A stretch of DNA of 64,000 nucleotides from Malacoraja senta (lineage: Eukaryota), in the NCBI GenBank assembly GCA_038087875.1, contig CM075999.1, forward strand, positions 1,490,001 to 1,554,000, given 5' to 3'. Numbering within the stretch: position 1 is the stretch's first letter; every line of letters starts with the position of its first letter. Shown here piece after piece: positions 40,631 through 52,400 of this stretch. The translations under genes were made by a program, and so were the position numbers. Below the pieces are notes generated by a model. It was not told where the DNA came from. It did not search any database and saw only the letters and a program-made list of their open reading frames with translations.

Positions 40631-43600
40631 GCCATCCCAAGTCTGGCCCACCTTTCCCTGTAGCCAATGACTGCTTTTAGATTCAACTTCCTTTCAAAAG
40701 CTGTGGACAAATCTGCCCCCCATGCAAGCAGGGCACTCGAGATCAGAGATTTTTGTATAAAATTAATTAACTTTTGATTAAGTTGCACCTTTCACAACGT
40801 CAGGATGCTCCAAAATACTCAGCGGATCAGACAGCATTTCTGGAGAAAAGGAATAGGTGAAGGGTCTTGAGCCGAAACGTCACCTGTTCCCTTTCTTCAG
40901 AGATGCTGTCTGGCTGCTGAGTTACTCCAGCTTTTTGTGTCTATCTTCAGTTTAAACCAGCATCTGCGGTTCCTTCCTATACATGCTCCAAAGAACTCTA
41001 AGGGTGAAGTAGTGTTGGATACTGGAAAGTTTAACACTCATCAACGAATTCAAGCAAAGCCAATTTGCGCACACACAGCAAATGTAAAACTGGTGACATA
41101 ATTTGTTCTTGTAAAGCTGGTTAAAGGAAAAAAATATTTTTAGAACACCGATGATATCTCCCCTACTTATTTCTAAGCAGTAGAATTAGGTATTCTACAT
41201 CCAGCTGGGAGGACAGATGCTGTTCTTGGTTGCATGTTGAAGACCCTTCATCTCCTCCACAAATCTGCACGGCTCACGCTCTCAGTGCAGCACATCGCTC
41301 TGTTACACAACCTAGTTAAATTCTGACCCCATCAATCACCAACAAAATACATGCTTAAGGCATTGGGATTCATATCAGTAACACTCCAATCAGCTCAGTA
41401 TATCAAATGGTAAAACAAAAATACATAAAAAGCATAAATGCGAGACGAGAATGTTATCTTTTGATTTTCAATCTAAGACACAACTCTCTGAAAGTTATTG
41501 ATTGTCTTCTAAATATTTCATTGGGTTTGAAGCTGTACGCTATTGAAAGGGTTTGTCATTGTGTATCTGGGTCCAATGTGCACAGCTGTAACAGTGAGAA
41601 CAGGAGCACGCTGGTTAATATATAATAAGCAATCTGCAGATTGAAGGTGACCTGCCACTTGACCTCGAGTATGTTTTTTATTACTTAATGCTGGTCTTAA
41701 ATGCAGCACAATGGAGACAGAAGAAAACCAGATGCCGGAATCCCGAGCCAAATACAGTAGGACCATGGACCATGGAGGAACTCAGCAGGTCAGGCAGCAT
41801 ATGTGGAGGCGATGGGCAGGTGATGTTTTGGCTATGGAAGACTGAAGGGTCCAGCTCCAAATCATTACCTGTCCATTACCTCCACAGATGCTGCTTGACT
41901 CGCTGAGTTCGTCCAGCACTTGTGTTAAATGCAGCACAGTTTGGTTTACTATCTTGACAATTAACACTGATTATTCAAAGTTTTACGCTGACACTTGAAT
42001 AGCAAACAATTAGTGCCTTGATGTCATCAGGAAACACGGCACAAGATTGGCTCATCTTCAAGGGTCCATTGATCCCACCAACACACCTCTGCAAACAAGG
42101 AAAATTCATTTCCTACATTACTGTAGCCAGATCAGATGTGAAACCCATTCTGATATTAGCAAAGTATGGAACTCGACAATGCTGTCGCAAAAATTCACTT
42201 TCTTACTGCATGCCAGCTCTTTTTGACCCATCATTATCATCTTATCTCTTTTAATTGACAATAAAATTAGTCACATTATGCAGCTCTTTCCCCATAACCA
42301 TAAATTTCCTTTATAAGCACCCAATAACCTTTTACAAGATGATACTAAATCTACCATCACATGCGGTGCATCTCAAATTAGAATAATTCTGTGCATAAAA
42401 GATATCTCAACTCACTTCTGCTTAACTTTGCCAATATTTTGAATGATTTCCCGTTTTGTCTTGTTGTGAATCAGATACTGCTACTGCTAACTGCAATTTG
42501 ATTCATAAACAGATCATTCCTTTGAGGCACTGGCTGGATTTTTATCGCTCAAGTTATGTGCAATCCAAGGAGAAATGTTCCTAAAAAATTATAGATGCAA
42601 TAGGAACATTTTGTAATTGGATTCTTAGTCAAGCCCGACGAGACGAAATGTGGTACACTTTCAGTAAATTTTCAGCAACTAATCTACTGATGTAAACCAG
42701 GCAAGCTGTTGATACTTTTCAATCTTTGCAGACAGAAAAATGACCTAGATTAAAATCTTGGACTTTACTAAAAATGTGCTCCACTGAATTCGAGTGAATT
42801 TAACGCTTTCCCTTCCGCAACTCAACCAGGTTTGATCTGTTAGATGGTACCTGGCAGATTTTTTGTAGGATGTTCTTCGGATTAGAAAAATGTAAATTTA
42901 CGTACTTTCAGGAGCCACAATAACATAAAACTGAAGTATGCAACGTATCATCAGTTCTCAACCTGCCTGGTCCAGAAAATACTCTCCAATATACCATTTG
43001 CCTTCACAATTCATACTCCATATCAAACCTTCTCTACCGTCCCCAGCTAATTTCTCCACTCAATGGTGCTGGATATCTTAATTGCTGATAGTCCTCAGTA
43101 CTAAACTTTGTTGCAAATCAAGCCATTGTGCTCAGATCTGGTTATCTTTACTTTTGCAGATAAACCCAGATATTCCATCTCTAGCTGATAAGATTCTGGG
43201 CCCTCCGAAGTCCCTCTAATGCCCAAAACACTTGAGGCTGGCCCTGAGCAACCCCGTACACGAATCCTCCCCGTAAATAAAAGCTGCTCATCTCCCATGC
43301 CAGTTCCAGTCGTTATCAGTGCAAGCTCCAAAGCAAGCCACTGAATAGAATAAAATGCTGGAATAACTCATCGTGACAGGCAGCCATTCCTTCTATCCAG
43401 AGATGCTGCCTGGCCCGCTGAGTTACTCCAGAATTTTGTGTCTATCTTTGGTGTAAACCACTATCTGCACTTCCTTCCAACACACCGAGTAGAATAGTTG
43501 CAATTTAGTGATCAAAATAAGATTTCTCCATGACCCACTTAAAAACATTACATTTCATTGCAAGACATCACATTTTAAAACCAGGTTGAGCAACAATTTA

Positions 43601-44159
43601 GAAGCAAATTCCTCCCTTCACACCACCACCACAAACCTATAACAAGATATCAATTATCAAACAGGATAATTGAATACTAGTTAACATACAATAAGCAATC
43701 TGATGGTTGGTGATCAGGACGTCAACGGCTGGCCTGACATTTGCTTTTGTTTTAATACTGTTCTTTAAAGCAACACAATGGAGACACAAGAAACGGCAGA
43801 TTCTGGAATCTTGAGCAAAAACACAAAGTTCTGGAGGAACTCAGCAGGCCAGGCATCTGTGAGGGATGACATTTTAGGTTTGGACCCTGCTTGAGACTGA
43901 TGAAGACAGAATAATAATTGCCACAACAGTCCCAGAGATGTTAAACATGCATGGAAAATGGATAATCAATCAGTCCGCAATGCTCCACTCAAGACGACTA
44001 CCATCTTTCCTCACTTTAATATGTCAACATCATCCTCTGTTCCCCTCTCTTTCATACTCTTGTCCAAACACCTCTCAACTGCATCTATATTGTTGGCTCT
44101 AAATCAGAAATATTGATGATGTGTTTCATTCCTCTCACTGATCCCCACCCCTCCCCGGT

Positions 44160-44445
44160 CCCCACCCCTCTCCTCCCTGATCCTCACCCCACCGCTCCCA
44201 GATAGCCATCCCCACCATTCCCTGATCTCCACTCCCTTCCACTATCCCCACTCTCTGATCCTGCTCCTCTACCCTGATCCCCACTCCTCTGCCTCTTCCC
44301 TCCCTGATCCCCACCCCTCTCCCCCCTGATCCTCACCCCACAGCTCCCAGAGAGCCACCCCCTTCCATTCTCTGATCTCCACTCCCCTCTCACTATCCCC
44401 ACTCTCTCTGATCCTGCTCCTCTCCCCAGATCCCCACTCTCCCTC
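44160..44445. repeat. Pyrimidine-rich ~145-bp tandem duplication
   Basis: CCCCACCCCTCTC..CCCTGATCCTCACCCCAC.GCTCCCAGA.AGCCA...CTGATCTCCACTCCC...CTGATCCTGCTCCTCT occurs twice in tandem. Confidence 0.75.
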
Positions 44446-44504
44446 CATTCCTCTATTCTCACTCCTCTCCCTGACCGTGGGAGAGGAGTGAGTGTATACT
44501 AGAT

Positions 44505-44850
44505 ACATAGACAATAGGTGCAGGGGTAGGCCGTTCGGCCCTTCGAGCCAGCACCGCCATTCAATGCGATCATGGCTGATCATCCGCAATCACTACCCCG
44601 TTCCAGCCTTCTCCCCATATCCCTTGATTCCGCTAGCCCTAAGAGCTCTATCTAACTCTCTTTTGAATGCATCCAGTGAATCATGTGGCAGAGAATTCCA
44701 CAAATTCACAACTCTCTGGGTGAAAAAGTTTTTCCTCATCTCAGTTCTAAATGGCCTCCCCTTTATTCTTAAACTGTGGCCCCTGGTTCTGGACTCCCCC
44801 CAACATCGGGAACATGTTTCCTGCCTCCAGCAGTGTCCGATCCCTTAATA
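44505..44850 (-). mobile_element. CR1/HER1-like 3' fragment
   Basis: Reverse complement of the CR1 3' end, similar to 27790-28078. Confidence 0.85.
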
Positions 44851-44879
44851 ATGTAATATATCCCTTAACAATGACTCTC

Positions 44880-45490
44880 GCCTGATCGCCACTCACCTTC
44901 CTCTCGTTGATCCCCACGCCGTCCTCACCCTAACCCTCTCCTCTCCCCCATTCTTCTCCCTGATCCCCACACTCCTATCCCTCCTCACCCCCCGGCCAGC
45001 CCTCCCTCCCTCCCCCCCCCCCGGGGTCCGCAGTTCCCGCTCCCCAGTCCCACCTTGTCTCCACTCTCCCTGCGAACTCTCCCCACTCCCCACTCCGTCG
45101 CCAGAGCCCCACACCCACACCCACACCCACACAGCCCAAGCCCCGGCTACCTACCTGTCTGTGGGCGTCGCGGCGTGTTGTGCCCGCCCTGCCTGCCCTG
45201 CCTGCCCGAGTGCCGTCCGTCCGTCCGTCAGCCCGCCCAGCGCCCGCCACCCGCCGCCTCACCTCCACCGGCAGAGCGGAAACCCACCCACCCACCCGCC
45301 CGCCCGCTGGCCGCCGCCGCCGCCTCACGGGGACTGTAGTCCGCCACCTCAGCACCTGCGCAAAGCGCGGGGGACAGCTGCACTACAACCCCCGGCATGC
45401 CCCGCGCCTCACCCTTCTCCGCCTCTGTATCCCTCCGCCCATGCGGAAGTTGTGCCCGGGCGCACGAGAGTCGCTGAAGGAGTGAATGGG
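44880..45490 (-). promoter_or_regulatory. CpG-island promoter and probable non-coding first exon of a minus-strand gene
   Basis: Very GC/CpG rich. ZNF143/THAP11-type motifs at 45382-45406 (+) and 45330-45342 (-), GC box 45433-45440, ETS GCGGAAGT 45443-45450. Minus-strand donors CAG|GTAGGT (45155/45154) and GAG|GTGAGG (~45263). Confidence 0.75.
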
Positions 45491-45964
45491 CCTGAACGTC
45501 AATCTTTTGTTTCACAGAAATTATTCTGGCAATAAAGTGGTTAAGGGAGGCTCGCTATTAAACACATGAAACTTGCAATTGCATATTGCATCTTCGTACT
45601 TTCAAGAGGGGTTTTCAAACCAACATATTTTTGAAATGTCATCAACTATCTAAAATATATGTTTTTTTTGTTAGTCATTGACAGTATCTTGTGTTTACTG
45701 GCAATGCCAGTATTTTATGAACCATTCGTAATTAACTTTGTGAAGGTGTTGGTGAGTCACCTAGTCGAACCATTTCTGGTCAAGATACTCCCAAGGTAGA
45801 CAAAAGTGCTGGAGAAACCTTCCATTTGTCTACCTTCGATTTGCCAGCATCTGCAGATCCTTCTTAAACACAAAGATACTCCCAAGATTGGTCTGAAGAA
45901 GGGTCACGATCTGAAACGTCACCTATCCTTTCCTTCCACGGATGTTACTTGATTTGTAGGGTGT

Positions 45965-46228
45965 AGTTTAGTTTAGTTTAGAGATACAGCATGGAAACAG
46001 GCCCTTCAGCCCACTGGGTGCATGTCGGCCAGTGATCCCGTACACTAGTTCTATCCTACAGTCTATGGACAATTTACAGAAGCCAATTAACCTACACGTC
46101 TTTGGAGTGTTGGAAAAAACCGGCGCATCCGGGGAAAACCCACGCGGTCACAGGGAGAAACTACAGACAGCACCGGTAGTCAGGTTCAAAACCGAATCTC
46201 TGGCGCTGTAAGGCAGCAACTCTACCGC
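45965..46228 (-). mobile_element. HE1-like SINE
   Basis: (GTTTA)n tail plus reverse-complement SINE body. Confidence 0.8.
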
Positions 46229-46309
46229 AAACCTCAGGAATATCCTTGAATCTTTTCTTCTAACTATCAGGTAATCTCTTCCCTTACAAAATTTGGATGA
46301 TAGTGTCTC

Positions 46310-46565
46310 AGTGTGAAAGTCAAAGACTGGGGAGCAGATGGTATCCCTGCTGAGTTTCTAAATCTCAGCGGCGAGGAGGTTCAGTCAAGAACCAACAAGC
46401 TCATCGTTCACATTTGGAAAGCAGAACATACAGTATGCCAAGTTGTTCACGGAGATACAGTAATCATTGGTCATCTTCAAGAAAGGAGTCAAATTGGATT
46501 GCAGTAACCACACTGTCTGCCACAGGGAAAGTCATCATGAGAGACCTCAAACACTGCCTCACAGT
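46310..46565 (+). mobile_element. RTE-like LINE RT fragment
   Basis: GADGIPAEFLNLSGEEV...IVHIWK...DTVII, then FKKG after a frameshift. Confidence 0.6.
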
Positions 46566-47144
46566 GAATCAAGAGTTGCTCCATCCAGAACCACACTGGA
46601 CATGATGTTTAACTAAAAAAAAAAGCCCACAAAGTGCTGGGGTAACTCAGTGGGTCTGGCAGCATCTCTGGAGAACATGGATCTTGACCCCTTCTCCGAT
46701 TTCCTTAGTCAAAGGAATGGTCCCAACCTGAAACACCACCTATCCATGTTCTCCAGGTGATGCTGCTACTCCAGCACTTTACGTCTTTCTTTTAACGTAC
46801 AGATAATATTTGCATTGGCACACAGATAGCGACGGAACTCCAAATCATTGTTGATTCAGTCACTAAAGTACGAGACTGATTGGGCCCTGCACTTGGCATC
46901 CACAAGACAAATATCATTCATCGCTATTGTGTAATTAGATTTTACACATACCAACATAGATAGGTTATATCTGGCAAGGAGAAATTTTCATATTTTTCAT
47001 TCACTGGATGTGTGCATTATTGGCAATGCTAGAATTTATGTCCATCCATAAATTTTCCCAGAGACAATATTCATGCATGGTTATAATCTTGTTTTGAAGG
47101 TGGTCATTTCACAGTGTTAGGATAACCCAGGGCCAAAGAAGAAA

Positions 47145-47347
47145 TGTAGAGAGAAACTGCAGATGCTGGTTTAAACCAAAGATAGACACAAAATGCTGGA
47201 GTAACTCAGAGGACAGGCAGCAGCTCTGGAGAGAAGGAATGGGTGACGTTTCGGGTCTGAAGAAGGGTCTCGACCCGAAACGTCACCCATTCCTTCTATC
47301 CAGAGATGCTGCCTGTCCCGCTGAGTTATTCCAGCATTTTGTGTCTA
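47145..47347. mobile_element. Inverted pair of Penelope-like terminal repeats
   Basis: 47183-47257 is the near reverse complement of 47272-47347. Confidence 0.8.
47253..47288 (+). ncRNA. Minimal hammerhead-ribozyme motif in a Penelope-like repeat
   Basis: GGGT-CTGAAGA-A-GGGTC-TC-GACCC-GAAAC-GTC-ACCC: stem I, CUGANGA, stem II, GAAA and a GUC triplet, with no real stem III. Confidence 0.6.
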
Positions 47348-47914
47348 GCCAAAGAAGAAATGACAGGAGATTTCCGTCAAGTTTGTACAAGACACAAAAA
47401 AGAAGTTAGAGGTGGTGGTGAGTCCATGTACCTGTCCTTATCCTTTAAAGTAGTAGAGCTCATGGGTTGTGGAAATACTGTCAAAGAAGCCTTACATGAG
47501 TAATATCAGAGTGTTTTGATTTTACACAATACGGCATGGGAGGGTGGAAGAAGAAAATGTTTAGAGTGGTGAATGAGGGACCAATTAAACGTCTCTATTC
47601 ATTTGGGTGTAGTCAAACCTGACTAATGCAAACAAGTGAAACTGAGCTGGTGTGTGTGTAGAGGTGGAAATCAGGAGTTGAGTCATTCACCACAGATTAT
47701 AAATTCTCTGACCCACTCTTATATTTCACAAAGTGTGTCACTAATCAGTACCGCTCCCACGAATAAAACCATCACAAACGTCCCTTATTGGTCCAACAAA
47801 ATCCCAAGACACTTCAGGGAAGTGTTATCAAAGCAAAATTAACACTGAGTTAAAAAACAATTTAATTTAGACAATCTAAAGCTTGGTCATAGAGGTAGGT
47901 TTCAACCATGGCCT

Positions 47915-47968
47915 GGGGTGGGAGATTGCAACCTTCACGTGGTCCACCCTGTTTCGACTAATCCAATC
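47915..47968 (+). ncRNA. Minimal HDV/CPEB3-like ribozyme, copy 1 (one P2 mismatch)
   Basis: GGGGTGG-GA-GATTGCA-ACC-TTCACGT-GGT-CCACCCT-G-TTTCGA-CTAA-TCCAATC. Confidence 0.75.
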
Positions 47969-48053
47969 AACCCGACGTGCACAAACAAAAGATCAAATAG
48001 AACAAGTTGACTTACAACTTTAGGCTGTGCACGCCATACGCAAGAAGAAGAAG
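47915..48053 (+). mobile_element. Ribozyme-headed short retroposon, copy 1
   Basis: Homologous to 61746-61889(-) and 63557-63691(+). (GAA)n tail. Flanks CATGGCCT / CACAGCCT, an 8-bp TSD with CpG decay. Confidence 0.85.
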
Positions 48054-48249
48054 CACAGCCTGAGAGGAAGAAGGAGAAAGAGAGACAAATGGATTCGGGA
48101 AGAAATGCAAGTGCAGCTAGAGGTACTATCACCAGTAACTTACCCCGGGGGCAATTTAGAATTTACCAAAGCCAATAAGTGAGTTTGGTATTCCAAAAAA
48201 CGTAAGGAATCATGGGATTTGTCAAAGGTCATTCAAGAAAAAAAAAGTG

Positions 48250-49520
48250 AACAGGGGTGTCAGGTAGTGGGAGAGCGGGGTGTAACAGTGAGAGAGAGGG
48301 GGCAGATTCGAGTGGGGGGCTGGGGGAGAGAGTGGACCGGCGGAGAGATGGTGAGAGGTGAGGGAGAGAGAAAGGGGTTGAAAGACGTGCGTGTTCGTGT
48401 TTTGCTCACAGATGTGTTTAGTTTAACATTCCGCGGGGAGTGCCAGGGTTTGCATGTTCGTTGCAGACGTGGGCAATGTCCCTCAGTCCCTCCCTCCAGT
48501 CCGGGGCAGGGGGATGTGGGAGGGGGGGGGATATTCCTAGCGCCGGGGAGTTCTTGCGGAGACGGGCTGTCCGGGACCTGCAGTGAAGCCGCGATAGCGA
48601 GTTCCTCTCTCCCCATCTCTCTTCCCATTCCTGTCCCCATCTCTCCACATTCGTCCCCATCCCTCTCTCCATCTCTCTCCCCGCCACCTCGCCTTTACCC
48701 GCAGACAGGCGTCGCTCTGTAGGAAGGAACTGCAGATGCTGGTTTACACCGAAGGTAGACACAACGTGCTGGAGTAACTCAGCGGGCCAGGCAGCATCTT
48801 TGGAGAAAAGGAATAGGTGACGTTTCGGGTCGAGACCCTTCTCCAGAGATGTTGCCTGACCCGCTGAGTTACTGCAGCATTTTGTGTGTATCCCTGTTGA
48901 TGACTGGTGCTCGGCTTTCGCCGGCACCGATGGGGTTAACCGACAGCCAATGGATAAGGCGAGATGTGCAGCTGACGGTCCCCGGCCCGTCGGGGATTGG
49001 GTTCCTCGGGGGTTGAGCTGGAGTTAGCGCTTCTTCTCCGCGCTGGCTGTAAGCCTGGGGCCGCCACTGCTCCGGGCTGGTGTCCCATCAGTCGAGGGTC
49101 ACCCCGGACGCCTCCGGACAGGGATGGGACACTCGGGAGGGGACGCGGACGGTAGTGAGACTCCGCTCACAAATCTGCCTCCTGGGGTTATGCAGGAGAG
49201 GGGTGCGTGGTTCGTCCCTGTATAATAACCCTGTATAACCCGGGAGGGCAGCCCGAGTGAGAATGGAACACATACACCCAGGCTGAGGGGGACCGGACCG
49301 CGATTCATTAGAGTCACTGCTGAGATTTCCGTATGGACCAGTGGAGAAGGAAGAACTAGTGTCGCTAACTCCAGTAGCAATTCAACAGCGCTTGCAGCGC
49401 CGGAGACCCGGTTCGATCCTGACTACGGATGAAAGGCAGCTCTGTATACACGCAGCAGCTCAGCTGCCCAGAATGTTTGTCTGCAGTGACCTATGACCTG
49501 GGCATGCGCAGTCGGAATAC
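48250..49520. promoter_or_regulatory. Second CpG-island-like region, interrupted by a Penelope-like repeat (48717-48890)
   Basis: High GC and CpG in apparently unique sequence. CCAAT boxes at ~48947 (+) and ~48996 (-), NRF1-like GCATGCGCA at 49502. Confidence 0.5.
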
Positions 49521-51809
49521 CGAACTTGCTTATTAACCATAAAACCTGTATGTCTTTGTAGTGTGGGAGGAAACTGAAGCACTCAGAGATAACCCTCGCA
49601 GCCACAGGGAGGACATACAAATTCCACACAGACACACCCGTGCGCAAGATTGAACCCGTGGCTCAGGCACTGTGCTACCAGACTAGAGAAATTTGAAGGG
49701 GGTAAGGCTATGAAAGAATTAATAAGACTGATGAGAATTTTATTATTGATATGCTCTAATATTAAATATTACTTACATAGAGATCTATGTACATCGTCAA
49801 CCATGGAGTGGAAATCGGTGCACAGAATGGTGAGAGATTTGAATGATAGTTCGGAAAATATAACAAGAGAGGACAGCTTTCATTGCATAGAGTTAATCGG
49901 CAATTGGTAACAATGGCATGGAAACGTGTTTTTAGCAGCAGATAAGCTGAGGCAATGTTCCAGCAGTGTAAACAGGTGATCAGATGGATGTCTAAATCAA
50001 TTGAGAGCCAAACAGACATTGAGATTCGGCTTCAGAGAGATGCCAGCGAGTGGGAACGGATTTTGGCCAAAATTATGATCCTCCAATACCCAGCCAAGCC
50101 AATAGTGTGACAATTTAGAGACAATGTCGGGATCAAGAGAGATTTTGCTGAAGATTCCAGGTGTCAACAATGCACATGTGGAGGCTAGCACCATGGCCTC
50201 TGATGATGTTGCTGAGGTGGAGTAAATAGAAATGGAAGAGTTGGACTGATCTTCGGGGAACTTCAGTGACAGTAGTTAACTTTCTGGTCAGTGGGGACCT
50301 CCAGGTCCTTGATATGGATACAAGGAACTGCAGATGCTGGTTTACAAAGAAAAACACAAAGTGCTGGATTAACTCAGTGGTTCAGGCAGCATCCCTGGAG
50401 ATGGATTACATGGATAGGTCACATTTTGGGTCAGGACTCTTCATCAGTCTTCTCTTTTATAGTTGTAGCAACAAACGTTTTTGTCGCCTTCGTCAGTGGA
50501 TGTCAATCTGCTGTTAATGTTCTCGGTTGATGATAACACAATATTTATGGACATTTACTGAAATAGTCCATGCCAATCGATCCAACAAGAAGGGAATAAC
50601 ATTTGGGCAAGGCCTGATAAGTTGCAAGTACGTATGTGCTACCTAAGTACCAGACAATGGCTAACTTCAACTTCATATTGTCATAGAAAAATACAGCATG
50701 GAATAATAGGCCCTTCAGCCCAGCAAGTCCATGCCGACCATCAAGAACACCCATGGTGATCCATTTCATTCTCTCTACCCCTCCCGATTCTATCACTCAT
50801 TTACATGCTTGAATCAATTTACAACAGCCAATTATCCTATTAACCCGCACACTTTCGGGATGTGGATGAAAACCGGAGCATGTTGCCGAAACCGACGTGG
50901 TCTGTGGAGGAAGGTGCAAACAGACCACGCAAGAGACCGGGATTTTAACCAGACTGCTGGAACCGTGTGGCTGCTGCCCAACCAGATAAACCACTGAGCA
51001 GCCCGCAGTGGTATCGTTTCCTTCCACATTCAGTGTCATGACCAACGCTGAGCTCCTCAAACATCAACAACATGGAAAGAAAAGGCGCAAAGTGCTGGAG
51101 TAACATCAGCGGGTCAGGCAACATCTCCGGAGAACATGGGTAGGCAATGTTTTTGGGTCGGGACCCTTCTCGAGTCTGAAGAAGGTTCCTGACAGGAAAT
51201 GTCACCTATCCATGTTCTCCAGGGAAGCTGCCTGATCCTCTGAGTTACTGCAGCATTTTGTGTCTTTCCTTGGCAAACCAGCATCTGCAGTTCCTTGTTT
51301 CTATACTATAAAAAATGAGTTGTGTTCACAAAATAACTCACATCTAATAGGATTTTTAATGTCATGATGTGACCAAGGTTTTACAAATAATGAGGTACTT
51401 AAGTAGTGTGTTCACTTTGCATATTATATTTGCATGTTTTTAATGCGGTCAGAAAATCATTTGCATGCAATAATGGAATGTAAAAGAGAATACCACTTAA
51501 CTTACTTTAGCTCAACTATCCCCAAAATAATCTATAGTTTCTCCCATTATAGTGCGGTGTCCATGAAATACTATAGCTCTGGAGGAAACTATTCAGTTGC
51601 CCTTGATAGTGCTTCCCATTTAGCACCTCTCTGTTGCTCTATCTTCATGCCTGCAAAGTTTGTCATTATTTTATTCAATTGCTTCTTAAATATCTTCTTC
51701 ATTATTCTGTTCTTCATTATCTTACCAATCTGGATGACTGAGTCATCAATCAAAAGCAATTAAAATCTGTTCTTCATTATCTTTCTCTGTTCCTCTTCCT
51801 CTCCACTGA

Positions 51810-52400
51810 CCATCAGGGTTGTGTGCGCAACCCTCTGCTCTACTCACTTTAACAGAACAAGGCGGGTTTATTTTTATTAATCATTCGGTGGCACGGTGGC
51901 ACAGCGGGTACAGTTGCTGCCTTACAGTCCCAGACACCCGGGTTCAATCTTGACTACGGGTGCAGTCTGTATGGAGTTTGTACGCTCTCCCTGTGACCTG
52001 TGTGGGTTTTCCTTGGGATCTCCGGTTTCCTCCCACACTCCAAAGACGTACAGGTTTGTAGGTTAATTGGTTTGGTAAAATTGTAAATTGTCCCTAGTGT
52101 GTGTAAGATAGTGTTGGTATGCGGGGATCGCTGCTCGGCGCAGATGCGGTGGGCCGAGCAACGATCTCTAAACTAAACTAAACTGGACTGTGTGGCTAAG
52201 CAGTTCCAATGTCATCTACAAATGTTACTGTCGACACCACTGGAGTCGACCGAATCACAGGTGGTGATGAGTCAGCCTACAGGAGTGAACTAGAACACCT
52301 GGTCAAGTGGAGTCGCGATACCAACCAATTGCTTAACATCAGCAAAACCAAGGATATAATCATCGACTTCAGAAAGGAGGGGTGGGAAGACCATGCGGCA
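51810..52400 (+). mobile_element. Rex1/Babar RT fragment split by a SINE
   Basis: QGCVRNPLLYSL before the SINE. DCVAK...DTTGVDRITGGDESAYRSE..LNISKTKDIIIDFRK after it. Confidence 0.7.
51886..52183 (+). mobile_element. HE1-like tRNA/V-SINE, near full length
   Basis: A-box-like GGTGGCACAGCGG, B-box-like GGTTCAATCT, central conserved domain and (TAAAC)n tail. Confidence 0.88.

Noticed and set aside
42464..42508. 13-bp stem hairpin TTGTGAATCAGAT...ATTTGATTCATAA
   Set aside because: Too short for a pre-miRNA, no matching known mature sequence, and no proper C/D box pair.
44893..45535. Several Pro/Arg/Ala-rich ORFs
   Set aside because: Expected by-product of a GC-rich CpG island; low complexity, mostly non-ATG starts.
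51886..51960. tRNA-like sequence
   Set aside because: SINE head without a complete cloverleaf, continuing into the SINE body.
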